DNA of 35,817 nt from an uncultured Clostridia bacterium (GCA_934771675.1 CAKVMF010000001.1:1-35817), one strand, 5' to 3'; shown: positions 23,283 through 32,705, counted from the first letter of the stretch. Translations and numbers: made by a program. Notes: generated by a model not told the origin, from the sequence alone.

Positions 23283-23416
23283 TTAGGTACACAAAATTGT
23301 CATTTTAGGTACACAAAAATTGCATAAAAAAAGACCGAAAATTGAACTCATCAACCTTCGGTCTAATTTTCCCTAAAACTGCCCAAAACTGCTACATTAG
23401 GTACATTTAGGTACAC
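23283..23416. repeat. Four copies of ttaggtaca(c)
   Basis: Copies start at 23283, 23305, 23397 and 23407. Their position relative to att is analogous to the taggta/tagtaaa repeats at 12798-12850. Confidence 0.45.
23326..23364 (-). terminator. Terminator after the DUF2130-like gene
   Basis: agaccgaa (23332-23339) pairs with ttcggtct (23357-23364). There is a T7 run on the minus strand. Confidence 0.6.
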
Positions 23417-23419
23417 GAT

Positions 23420-24667
23420 TTAATCCGTTTTTTTCTTTCTCGCAGCTTCAAATTTCGCAATCATTGTCGGATTATCTTTTGTCAATTTTTTTATTGAAAG
23501 GTCTTCAACTTTATTATTCGCTAATCTTAATTGATTTTGCGATCCCAGCAAGGCTTCTTTTATTTTGTTTAAATGATCGATAGATTTATCTATTTCATCA
23601 ATGGCCATCGCAAATCTTTTAGTAGCCAGTTCGCAATTTCTACCAAATTGATTTTTAAAGTCTGTCATTCGTTCTTCAAAATTTGAAATATCGATATTTT
23701 GACTTTTTAGTTCTATTAATTGCTTTTGATATTGAGCACTATTTAATGATATATTCTTAAGTAAAGTTAAAAGTGGGATAAAAAATTGAGGTCGAATAAC
23801 ATACATTTTGTCATATTTATATGATACATCAACTATGCCTTGATTATATAGTTCATTATCTCTTTCAAGAAGAGATACTAGTACAGCATATTCACATTTT
23901 TTTTCTTTTCTATCCTTATCTAATTCTTTAAAGAAATCTTCGTTTTTATGTTTTGTTGCCGTCTCATCATTTTCATTTTTCATTTCAAACATAACAGATA
24001 TAAATTCTATTTTTTCATCTGTATAATCTCTATAAATATAATCACCTTTACTACCTGTCTTTACATCATTATCTTTTTCGAAATAAGCATTTTTAAATGC
24101 TGTAGCCCTTAATTTATTAAATTCAATTTGGCAATGCTGTTCAAGAGTTTCTCCAACCATTTTTGTCGATTGTCGAGCTTTTAAATCTTTATAATACGCA
24201 ATTTCATCATCCTTTCTCTTTAATTCGTTTTGATGGTTAATATCAGAAGTCTCAACATTTAATTTTAATTCATTTATTTCTTTTTCTTTGTCAGATAATA
24301 TTTTTTGTATTTCTAACTCTTTATCTTTTTCATTGTTGTCAATTTTTGATTGTAGCTTTAACTTTTCTGTTTCAAATTCATGTTTCAAATTTGACATTTC
24401 TGTATTTTTTTCGTTTTCAGAGTCTTTAAGCTTGGAGTTTAATTCTATTACCTGTTTTTCTAAACTATTAAGTTTATCCTTTTCTTCTTCTTTTGCCTTT
24501 GCAACAGCAAGCTCGACATCTTTAAGAGAAGATTCTTTTAATGATTGTTCTCTTGATTTTAATTCTTTATTGAATTCGTCATTTCTAACTTGGCTAATTA
24601 ATAGATTATAATTTGTTTCATCTATTTCAAAAACCTCACCACATTTAGGACACTTAATTTCACCCAT
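23420..24667 (-). CDS. Zn-ribbon + long coiled coil + PD-ExK nuclease-like protein (DUF2130 / RmuC-like)
   Basis: [20 protein letters not shown] is a Zn ribbon. It is followed by ~170 aa of E/K-rich heptad-like sequence. The C-terminus [28 protein letters not shown]...EYAVLVS has the D...E-x-K pattern. The ATG at 24667 follows AGGGAG; the track start at 24700 is upstream of the RBS. Confidence 0.65.
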
Positions 24668-24680
24668 ATTTTTTCTCCCT

Positions 24681-24908
24681 TTATCTTGTTTTAAATTCAT
24701 ATTTTGTTTTGCAATTTCTCATAATAAAACTATTTAATCCAACACCTTTTTCTGCAAGTATTTTCATTTGGTTAACATTATTAATTCCTGCTGATTGATT
24801 TGAATATCTATAAATTGATCCATCACCAAATTTAACATCAATATATGTCAAGCCAATTTCATAACTTAAAACGTTTGAATTTCCACCTAAATTTTTATAA
24901 CTAATCAC
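24681..24908 (-). CDS. KTSC-domain-like small protein
   Basis: 75 aa. [27 protein letters not shown]...[15 protein letters not shown] resembles the KTSC domain (S..I..v.Yd....l.V.F..G..Y.Y..V). GTG start 6-7 nt after GGAGGAG, and the stop is 13 nt before the next gene. Confidence 0.5.
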
Positions 24909-25356
24909 TTTTACTCCTCCTATAATGTAGTTTATATCTTATTATTATCACATTTGTTTAATTTTTTCAATACATTCGACAAAATTCGTGCTTTACATTT
25001 CCATATCACTTTCACGTCTATGCTGAAATTGCATTTTTCAGTAAAGTTTGTCTGATAAATTGATAAAAAATGAATATCTGTGCTTTATATCTAGAATGTT
25101 TATAGTTTTTGTATTGTTTGTATGAAAAAAATATAGAGAATTGAAAGCCCATCATTTTATTAAGTGTATATTTTAAAAGATTCATTGAAAATTGATATAT
25201 AAATTTCTAATTGATAGCTATGAATGCTAATTTGATATGATTTTTATAATTTGTATAAAATTTTGTGACTAAAAATATGCGATGATTTGGTAGGGTATAT
25301 TAAATTTATTGAACGACGGGTATATAATTTGGGTTGATATGAGTTAAATGGCTATA

Positions 25357-25395
25357 ATAAAAAGAAGCTGGCAAATTTATTACTTGTCAGCTTCT
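25357..25395 (-). terminator. Terminator overlapping the helicase stop codon
   Basis: agaagctg (25363-25370) pairs with cagcttct (25388-25395). There is a T-run on the minus strand. Confidence 0.5.
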
Positions 25396-28300
25396 TTTAT
25401 GGCTTCGATAAATAATTGAGCGTAAGTTTCATACCATTTATCTTTTATGCCTTTTATTGATAAAAACTCTTCCTTTGTTTTTGGTTTTAGTGTGGCTAAC
25501 ATAACTAGAATTCGATTAGAACAAATATAAAATGCTGGCATATCATTTTTTAAAGAATAATCAAATCTGATTTGTCTTAATGTTTCAAGAAGGTTAATAT
25601 CAGTCAGCACAACACCATTATCATCAACTATAACCTCATAATTTCCATATTTTTGTGTTTTAATGTTAGAAATTTCCGAATTTTGATTGTTATAAAAATC
25701 ATGATTTAGTATTTCGTGAACAATATTGCAATCTATGTTTATATCCGTAATATTTTGATTTACTCTTACAGTTGGATATAATCCTTTTGTTTGATATAAA
25801 ATATTTTCATCTATTAGATATTCAATTAAATCAATGATGGATTGTGTGGTTATATTGTTCAAGCAGCCATATAGTTCTTTGTTATTTAATCCTGCATCGA
25901 TTAATGATTGCGGTTTATTTCCCTTTAAAAAATTTGCTAACATTGTAATTCCATAATATCTTGGATTATTAATATTTTTACATGCTTGTATTATGGTATC
26001 ACAGATGCTTATTTCATAGTTCACCTTGTTATTTATGTTTTGTTGATTTGGTTGGGGATTGTGATTATTTAAAATATTTAATATTTCAAATCCATATTTT
26101 TTTACTTTTTCTTTTCCTAACAAAACCTTTTTGTCGTAAAAATCTTGTATTGAAGTAGGACGTTTTTTACAAATATCTATTATTGCTTTTTTTCTTAATA
26201 TTTTCCAAAATGGTATGTTATCTCTTTTAGACATATTTTCTGCAAATTTTCTTAAAGCAATGGCAAGTTCATTTAACTTATCATCTGAAAAATAATTGTA
26301 ATTTTTTTCTTCATTTTCGTTAATGTCATGAACTGCTTCACAAATATCATTACTTTCTTTTTTAATATCGTAATGATCTGATTTAGTTTCTAATTGTTTA
26401 TCGCAAGAAGAATTATTTTTAAAATATGTGTTATGTTCATTATCAAATTGTTTAGAAATATCAAAGTCAATTATCTCATTTTTATTTATATTATCAGAAT
26501 ATTCTTTTTGAGATAATGTATTATTGCATCCAGAACCATCGACTTTATAATTTGTACAGCCAAGGAAAGGGAATTCATTTTTTGTTTTTACTATTAGATA
26601 TCCATCCAGACATTCGGTGCATTTTTGTATAGACATTTTTCCGCCAATCAGATTGTTAGATAAAAATCCGCATACTTCAGGTTCATTTGTGCATATCCAC
26701 AATGTCATACCGCAACTTTTATTGTATCGTCTTTGTAAAGGATATCCACATAAAGGACATATTTTATTGGTTATTAAGCTTCCCTGTTCTGGATTTAAAT
26801 TGCCTTTTAAAACAACATTTTTATATTCATTTTTTATTTCTAATACAAATTGAGATGGGTGTTTTTCTGGAACTATTAAATAAACTCGATTTTTTGTTCT
26901 GGTTAAAGCTACATAAAATAATCTTCGTTCTTCAGCATACTCTATCTCGTTATGTTGTTTTATAACCAGTTTCATTACTGGGTCATCTTCAATTTTTGAT
27001 GGAAAACCATATACGGCATTTTTTGCGTTTATAATTATTACATTATCGTAGCCTAAACCTTTTGAACTATGAGCGGTTAAAAAGTCTATTTTAACGTTTG
27101 GATATTTTTCTGATACAACCTTGTTTCCATTTTCATAATATTTAAATAGTTTTGTCCTTTCTAATTGAGAACCATCATAACCATATCTTCCAATAAGGAG
27201 GATTTTTGATTCTGACCCAAAATTTGATACTATTTCTCCGATGGCTTTTTCAAGAGCGATTGCCATTCTGTGTAATGGACCGCCATCTCTTACAGATTCT
27301 TCTTTTTGTATTGGACTATCATCATAGCTAATTAAAATCACAGGATTATCAATGTATTTTGGAGATATGAGGGATTTCTTTATTTGAGTATCATTTTTTT
27401 GAATAAAACCACCAGCAATATCAATTACTTCTTGGGCATTTCGATATGTTCTGGTTATTTTTAACTCTTCACCATAGCCCATTTTTTCACAAAATTGAGT
27501 AAATAGCGTTACATCAGATCCGCTAAATGCAAAAATAGATTGCCAATCATCACCAACAGCGATAATTTTTGCATTTGTCACTTTTGATAATTCTTTAGCC
27601 ATATCAAAACGTTGTCTTGATATATCTTGATATTCGTCTATAATTATGTATTTAAAATCTAGTTTTTCTTTTAATGAAGCAACTTCTTTTAAAGCACGTG
27701 CAGCATCATTTATCATATCTTGAAAATCAACTGCGTTATTTTGAACAAGGGCTTTTTGATATTCAAGATAGCATTCTCGACATATTTCCAAAAACAATCT
27801 TGTTCTTTCACTTTTTGTTGTTCTTAAAAATTCATAAAATTGTTCTTCTGTATATCCATTAACTTTAAAATTATTTATAAAATCACATATTAGATATACT
27901 ATTTTAGAAACATATTTATTTTCCTGAATTGAAGTCAATTTATTTAAAACTTCATTTGATGATTTTGGATTTAAAACTATTCCATTTTCGCAAAGCAATT
28001 GTTTTAAATGATCCAGTAGGCTTTTGCCGTCATTGTATTGAGAAAAAGTGTAAATCAAATTTGTGTTGTGTTTTTTATGTATCAAAATTTTATCATTAAT
28101 ACACTTTTTATATTTTTCAAGTTCTTCTTTTGTGTATTTGTTATTTTCACCATTTTCAGAAATACCAAAATGCTCTAAATAATATATTTTACCATTTTGT
28201 TTTATCAAGAAATCAGGAGTGTAACGTTTTTTTGCCATAAAAATGTAGTATGGATAACTAGGTTCATATTCGTATTCTATATTATTTAAATATAAAAAAT

Positions 28301-29240
28301 TTGCAATTTGAACTTCCTGTGCAGAATTAACTATTTCGTTATTCAAAGTTACTTTTTTATTTGAATTTCTTTCTGTATAGGTGTATTTGTACTCGTTTAA
28401 ATTACTTTTTAATGTGCTAAAGTCTGATTTCGCGATATTGTTTAAATATTCTTGTTTATTATCTCCATCATATTGATTGTCAAAATAAGAACCAAAAAAC
28501 AGCATTATATTGTCTGCGGATCTTTTGTCTTTGATTTTATTCAAAAAATAATCTTTTACTGTATTATATAAAAATCCGCCTTCAACAATATTAAGTTTTT
28601 CATCGGTTTTTTTACGTAAGATAGCATTTCCAGCGGAGTGAAATGTTGTGATTGGACATTGAATGTTTAAAGATTTGTTAATTTTATCTCTTAATTCACC
28701 AACGGCCTTATTGGTAAAAGATATTATTAAAATTTGTTTTGGATCAATGTTTTTTTTCTCAACCAAATATTTAACTTTTGCAGCAACAGTGGTTGTTTTC
28801 CCAGCACCAGCGCCAGCAATTACTAAACAGTAATCTTCATCGGTAATAACGACTTTTCGTTGGTCATCGTCTAATTTTATGTTAGGATCAATGCTTTTTA
28901 GAATATTATCTAAATATTCTTTTTCAGATTTAAGTTTAAATTCAACAAAAGATTTATTTCGATTATCTATAATGCTTTTAAGGTTTTTGTAGTTTGATAA
29001 AAAATCAAGAATTAAATTTTCTGAAAGTCTATTCTTTTTACAGTATGATTTTAGTAATTCGGCATTTTTTATAGCAGCTAAAGAATTATGAGATTTTTCA
29101 TATTTAGGAAAAAGAAATTCATAATTTTTTCTAGATACATAATTGTTAGATTCAATTAAATTTTTTAGATCGTTATTAAAATTTTCAATATTTTTAACAT
29201 CTTCTGGTAACTCTTGCTTTTTTAATTTAAATAAACTCAT
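25380..29240 (-). CDS. Multidomain SF1 UvrD/helicase-IV-like helicase (1286 aa) with an inserted PD-(D/E)xK-like module, two topoisomerase-type C4 Zn ribbons and HRDC / winged-helix / HRDC C-terminal modules
   Basis: Helicase motifs:
- Motif I: LVIAGAGAGKTTT.
- Motif II: IIIDEYQDIS.
- Motif III: VGDDWQSIFAFSGSD.
- Motif IV: TRTYRNAQEV.
- Motif V: LTAHSSKGLGYDNVIIIN.
- Motif VI: EERRLFYVALTRTKNRVYL.

Other modules:
- Insert: IANFLYLNNIEYEYE...RYTPDFLIKQNGKIYYLEHFG.
- Zn ribbons: CPLCGYPLQ...WICTN...CGF and CTECLDGYL...LGCTNY...GCN.
- HRDC-like: LRKFAENMSKRDNIPFWKILRKKAIIDICKKRPTSIQDF and LRQIRFDYSLKNDMPAFYICSNRILVMLATLKPKTKEEFLSIKGI. Confidence 0.85.
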   Translation of the reverse strand: MSLFKLKKQELPEDVKNIENFNNDLKNLIESNNYVSRKNYEFLFPKYEKSHNSLAAIKNAELLKSYCKKNRLSENLILDFLSNYKNLKSIIDNRNKSFVEFKLKSEKEYLDNILKSIDPNIKLDDDQRKVVITDEDYCLVIAGAGAGKTTTVAAKVKYLVEKKNIDPKQILIISFTNKAVGELRDKINKSLNIQCPITTFHSAGNAILRKKTDEKLNIVEGGFLYNTVKDYFLNKIKDKRSADNIMLFFGSYFDNQYDGDNKQEYLNNIAKSDFSTLKSNLNEYKYTYTERNSNKKVTLNNEIVNSAQEVQIANFLYLNNIEYEYEPSYPYYIFMAKKRYTPDFLIKQNGKIYYLEHFGISENGENNKYTKEELEKYKKCINDKILIHKKHNTNLIYTFSQYNDGKSLLDHLKQLLCENGIVLNPKSSNEVLNKLTSIQENKYVSKIVYLICDFINNFKVNGYTEEQFYEFLRTTKSERTRLFLEICRECYLEYQKALVQNNAVDFQDMINDAARALKEVASLKEKLDFKYIIIDEYQDISRQRFDMAKELSKVTNAKIIAVGDDWQSIFAFSGSDVTLFTQFCEKMGYGEELKITRTYRNAQEVIDIAGGFIQKNDTQIKKSLISPKYIDNPVILISYDDSPIQKEESVRDGGPLHRMAIALEKAIGEIVSNFGSESKILLIGRYGYDGSQLERTKLFKYYENGNKVVSEKYPNVKIDFLTAHSSKGLGYDNVIIINAKNAVYGFPSKIEDDPVMKLVIKQHNEIEYAEERRLFYVALTRTKNRVYLIVPEKHPSQFVLEIKNEYKNVVLKGNLNPEQGSLITNKICPLCGYPLQRRYNKSCGMTLWICTNEPEVCGFLSNNLIGGKMSIQKCTECLDGYLIVKTKNEFPFLGCTNYKVDGSGCNNTLSQKEYSDNINKNEIIDFDISKQFDNEHNTYFKNNSSCDKQLETKSDHYDIKKESNDICEAVHDINENEEKNYNYFSDDKLNELAIALRKFAENMSKRDNIPFWKILRKKAIIDICKKRPTSIQDFYDKKVLLGKEKVKKYGFEILNILNNHNPQPNQQNINNKVNYEISICDTIIQACKNINNPRYYGITMLANFLKGNKPQSLIDAGLNNKELYGCLNNITTQSIIDLIEYLIDENILYQTKGLYPTVRVNQNITDINIDCNIVHEILNHDFYNNQNSEISNIKTQKYGNYEVIVDDNGVVLTDINLLETLRQIRFDYSLKNDMPAFYICSNRILVMLATLKPKTKEEFLSIKGIKDKWYETYAQLFIEAIKEADK

Positions 29241-29368
29241 AATCTTCCCCCATTTCTCTTAAAGTATAACATAAATTTTATAATTTTGTATTATTTTTAA
29301 TACTTTTGTTAAAAAATGTTAAAATTTTTTTGATTGTTCAATAATGTTGTGAAAAATGGTTAGCGGGT

Positions 29369-29680
29369 GTGAGTGAAATTGGGGTTGACAGGGGATGGGA
29401 GTGGAGATATAATTTTGGTGTTGGAAAAGGTGAGTTGGACACTGATGAGTTGCTTGAAAAGTGGGACCATGACCAATACAACATCACAAACAGATTTATG
29501 GATTTGCTAGTCAGATTCAATTATCACTTTCCTGAAGCAAAAATGGATTATGATAATGACAGACAGGCGATGTTAATGAAATTTGACGGAAAGAAAGTTC
29601 GCTTGTCAGACAATATTGTTTATGACTTTGAAAATTTGGTTTCAGAAGCAAAAGACGTGAAACAAAAAGATTTGCAATAA
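29369..29680 (+). CDS. Hypothetical acidic protein (possibly 5'-truncated at the island border)
   Basis: 103-codon ORF with a GTG start and no convincing RBS. Its GC is higher than the adjacent island, and a terminator follows. No recognisable motifs. Confidence 0.35.
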   Translation: MSEIGVDRGWEWRYNFGVGKGELDTDELLEKWDHDQYNITNRFMDLLVRFNYHFPEAKMDYDNDRQAMLMKFDGKKVRLSDNIVYDFENLVSEAKDVKQKDLQ

Positions 29681-29736
29681 AAGTGCAAATTTGACTGAAA
29701 AAAACTAAAAAACATATCAAATTTTAATTTTGAAGC

Positions 29737-29774
29737 AAAAAAAAGAGTTTTACTTGAAAGTAGAACTCTTTTTA
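29737..29774. terminator. Bidirectional hairpin between convergent genes
   Basis: agagtt (29744-29749) pairs with aactct (29764-29769), flanked by an A-run and a T-run. Confidence 0.45.
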
Positions 29775-29811
29775 TTTTGATTTTTTGATGGACAAAGCCT
29801 TACAAAATTTG

Positions 29812-30660
29812 TTATTCATTGCTGGGAGATGCGGTTGTAAATTTTCCAGAAACCGGCTTGTAGGTTTTAATGTTTTTTAAAAAATCTTTAACAGAATCTT
29901 TGATTGCGGCGTTTGAAACTTCGAGAAGTTTTGTTGCGCCCTTATCGCCGTCTTTGCCTTCTTCATAAAGCACTGCGTAAATGCCAGACTGTTTTGCAGG
30001 ATCAACACGTGATGTGTTGTCGTCAACCATGATAAACAACATTGAAGGGTATTTCTTTTTTAAAAGTTTATAAAATTCTGGTTGCATTTTTGTGTATCTT
30101 GTTCCGTCTAGTCCCGGAGCAATAACAACGTTAACATTATTGTTGCCTGAATCTTTAAGCAATTTTTCAAAGGCATATTTCATATATTGTCCAGCTTGTG
30201 AAACGAGAATTATGTCCATGTTCATATCTTTGTTTGATTCTGCAAGTTCATGAAAAATTTCAGGATTTCTCAAGGCATAAACTTTGCTTGCTATTTGACC
30301 CCTAAATTTTTGAGATTCTTCATAATCCATTCCAATTTTTTGGAAGTATTCTTCAGCCAATCTGTCGCCTAAATAAAACAACTTCTTTATCTCTGGATAG
30401 CTTTTGAAATTTGGTTCTTGCATGATTGCTTCGGCTTCTTTTTCCAAATGGAGTTTTTTGATAATACCGAGCAATGTTTCTTTGTCTTCAGGGCTTCCAA
30501 TTCCCGGTTCACCCAAAAAGTAGATTGCAAATTCTTCAGGACTCAAACATTCTCTTGGGTCTTTTTGTATAAAAAATGTGCCTTGAGCATCTGCTAAAAA
30601 ACAGAATTTGTTATCATAAAAATTTTTTTGTTTTAATAATGAATTTGACTTGTTTTTCAT
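29812..30660 (-). CDS. Hypothetical protein (282 aa), no recognisable family
   Basis: Long ORF with core-like composition. I preferred the ATG at 30660 (MKNKSNS) over the GTG at 30681, because GGGAG lies upstream of it. Confidence 0.55.
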   Translation of the reverse strand: MKNKSNSLLKQKNFYDNKFCFLADAQGTFFIQKDPRECLSPEEFAIYFLGEPGIGSPEDKETLLGIIKKLHLEKEAEAIMQEPNFKSYPEIKKLFYLGDRLAEEYFQKIGMDYEESQKFRGQIASKVYALRNPEIFHELAESNKDMNMDIILVSQAGQYMKYAFEKLLKDSGNNNVNVVIAPGLDGTRYTKMQPEFYKLLKKKYPSMLFIMVDDNTSRVDPAKQSGIYAVLYEEGKDGDKGATKLLEVSNAAIKDSVKDFLKNIKTYKPVSGKFTTASPSNE

Positions 30661-30816
30661 TGTTAAAATCACTCCCTTCACTTTGCATTAATTGTTATGA
30701 TAAGTATACTATCAAATAGCCTTTTTGTCAATATTATTTGGCGATTTAATGACCATGGTTGATATTGATTTGACAATAGTTATTGTATTTTTATAATTAA
30801 AGTAAGGGGGAGTGTT

Positions 30817-32670
30817 ATGAGCAAAGCAAATAGTAGTAATTTAACAGAATTTGGCGGAAAAGGTTATTCATTAATTAAGCTTAAAGAATTGGGCGTAAAT
30901 GTTCCAGAATTTTTTATAATCACAACAAAGATGTTTGATCAGTTTTTGGAATTTAACAGTCTTAAGGCTGAAATTAAAGAACTTTTTGACAATGACAAAT
31001 TTGAAGAAATAAAAACCTTGATTGGCAAAAGCAAGTTTCCGAGCGAATTAGAAAAATTCATTTTTGAGTCGTTTGAAAAGCTTGGTTCAAAAAAAGTTTC
31101 AGTGCGATCATCGGCGGTTGTTGAAGATAGCAAAGCTCAATCATGTGCTGGGCAATTTGAAACGTTTTTGAATGTCACAAAAAGCAATTTGTTAGAGTCT
31201 GTTAAAAAATGTTTTGCTTCATTATACTCTGTGAACACAAAACTTTATATTGGTGATTTTTCAAAACTTCAGCTAGGGATTGCGGTTGTTGTTCAAAAGA
31301 TGATTAACAGCAAGTTTTCTGGCGTTGCGTTTTCAACTGATTATGTTTTGGACAACAAGGATTATATGATTATTGAGTCCGTAAACGATATTGGTGAAAA
31401 TTTTGTGTCTGGGAAGTTGACCCCTGAAAAGTTTTATGTTAGAAAATCAAATCTTTCGATTGATAATTTTGGGAAAAAATCAAAACTGGGTGAAAGTGAA
31501 ATTCATAAAATTGCAGAAGACGCACAGTTTATTGAAAAGAAATATGGAATGCCAATGGACATTGAATGGGCAGTTGAAAACAAAACAGTTTACATCCTTC
31601 AAGCACGTCCGATTGTTTCATTTTTAAACGACAAGGTTTTTCAATACACGTTTTCAAGGCCACGCAATTTGTTTGAAATTTGCCTTTATTATTTGGTTTA
31701 TGACAATGGCTTTAAAAAACTATCAAACAATATGTTCTATCTAAACCCAATAATTGTTTTTGATAAAAAGGTTTACAGGGAATATTCGAACACGTCTAAC
31801 AACAACGAAGACCCATTTATTTTTGTGAAAAACAGCATTAAAAACAAAACTATATCTAGCGAGCATGTTAATGAGGCTTTAAAGGCGTGCGAAAATGCAA
31901 AAACCATGCTTTCAAAATTCTCGAACTTCAAGAAAGTTATTAATGATTTTGTTTGTTATGAAACCTTAAACAACTATTCAAACTTTTTGATTGGCGACAA
32001 TGTTTTGAGAGATTTTGACTCAAAGGGGCTTGATAAAACCTTGAAAAATGCATTGATGGAAAGCCGCAATGTTTTTGATAAAGCCACAGAGCTCATTATT
32101 GATTATATAAAGAGATATGCAAAAGATTATCTTAAAAATGATTATGAAAAACAAATTCAATTTTTGACTCTTGATGAGATTTTAAACAAGCAAAAGCTCA
32201 CAAAAAAACTGTTGGAAGAAAGACAAAGTGGGTTTGTTTATTACAAAAATGAAATCACTTATTGCTCTGATCAAGAACAAGTTGATGCTTGGGCAAAAAA
32301 GAACGAATTTATTTTGAATGATGTGAAAAAATCAAAGATTGTTGGAAATTCAATTTTTGGTTCAGTTGCTTACAATGGAACTGTTACCGGCAGAGCGGTC
32401 TTGGTGTTTAATGAAAACGATTTCAAAAAAGTAAAACAAAATGATATCATCATAAGCCCAATGACAACCCCTTCTTTTTCACAGGTTCTTGATATTGTTT
32501 CAGCAATAGTAACTGATGACGGCGGAACTGTTTGCCACGCAGCATTGCTTGCTCGTGAATATAAAGTTCCTTGCATTGTTGGAACAAAAACCGCAACGCA
32601 ATTCTTTAAAGATGGCGATATAATTGAAATTAACACAGCGCTTTCATGCGTAACAAAAAAGACGGATTGA
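30817..32670 (+). CDS. PEP-utilising phosphotransferase (PPDK_N ATP-grasp + central variable domain + C-terminal swivelling His domain)
   Basis: GGKGYSLIKLKELGVNVPEFF, VRSSAVVEDS and DIEWAVENKTVYILQARPI form the PEP/pyruvate-binding ATP-grasp. The C-terminus PMTTPSFSQVL...VTDDGGTVCHAALLAREYKVPCIVGT is the mobile His domain. GGGGGAG RBS. Confidence 0.8.
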   Translation: MSKANSSNLTEFGGKGYSLIKLKELGVNVPEFFIITTKMFDQFLEFNSLKAEIKELFDNDKFEEIKTLIGKSKFPSELEKFIFESFEKLGSKKVSVRSSAVVEDSKAQSCAGQFETFLNVTKSNLLESVKKCFASLYSVNTKLYIGDFSKLQLGIAVVVQKMINSKFSGVAFSTDYVLDNKDYMIIESVNDIGENFVSGKLTPEKFYVRKSNLSIDNFGKKSKLGESEIHKIAEDAQFIEKKYGMPMDIEWAVENKTVYILQARPIVSFLNDKVFQYTFSRPRNLFEICLYYLVYDNGFKKLSNNMFYLNPIIVFDKKVYREYSNTSNNNEDPFIFVKNSIKNKTISSEHVNEALKACENAKTMLSKFSNFKKVINDFVCYETLNNYSNFLIGDNVLRDFDSKGLDKTLKNALMESRNVFDKATELIIDYIKRYAKDYLKNDYEKQIQFLTLDEILNKQKLTKKLLEERQSGFVYYKNEITYCSDQEQVDAWAKKNEFILNDVKKSKIVGNSIFGSVAYNGTVTGRAVLVFNENDFKKVKQNDIIISPMTTPSFSQVLDIVSAIVTDDGGTVCHAALLAREYKVPCIVGTKTATQFFKDGDIIEINTALSCVTKKTD

Positions 32671-32705
32671 TTTTGTCTTTAAAAAAATGGTTTGCAAAAT
32701 AAAAA

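Larger units (their letters stand above)
23193..29340. mobile_element. Second AT-rich, integrase-less island segment (remnant or tandem accretion); right border approximate
   Basis: The att-proximal flank is colinear with that of island 1: hairpin terminator, taggta-type repeats, then ttgcataaaaaaagaccga 126 nt after the att core (125 nt in island 1). GC is very low through 29240 and rises from ~29360. No third att copy was found. Confidence 0.4.

Noticed and set aside
24909-25379. 470-bp AT-rich gap between the helicase and the KTSC gene, examined for hidden genes or repeats
   Set aside because: Only short ORFs of 46 codons or fewer without an RBS are present. It contains the helicase terminator and a plausible KTSC-operon promoter, and no repeat array.
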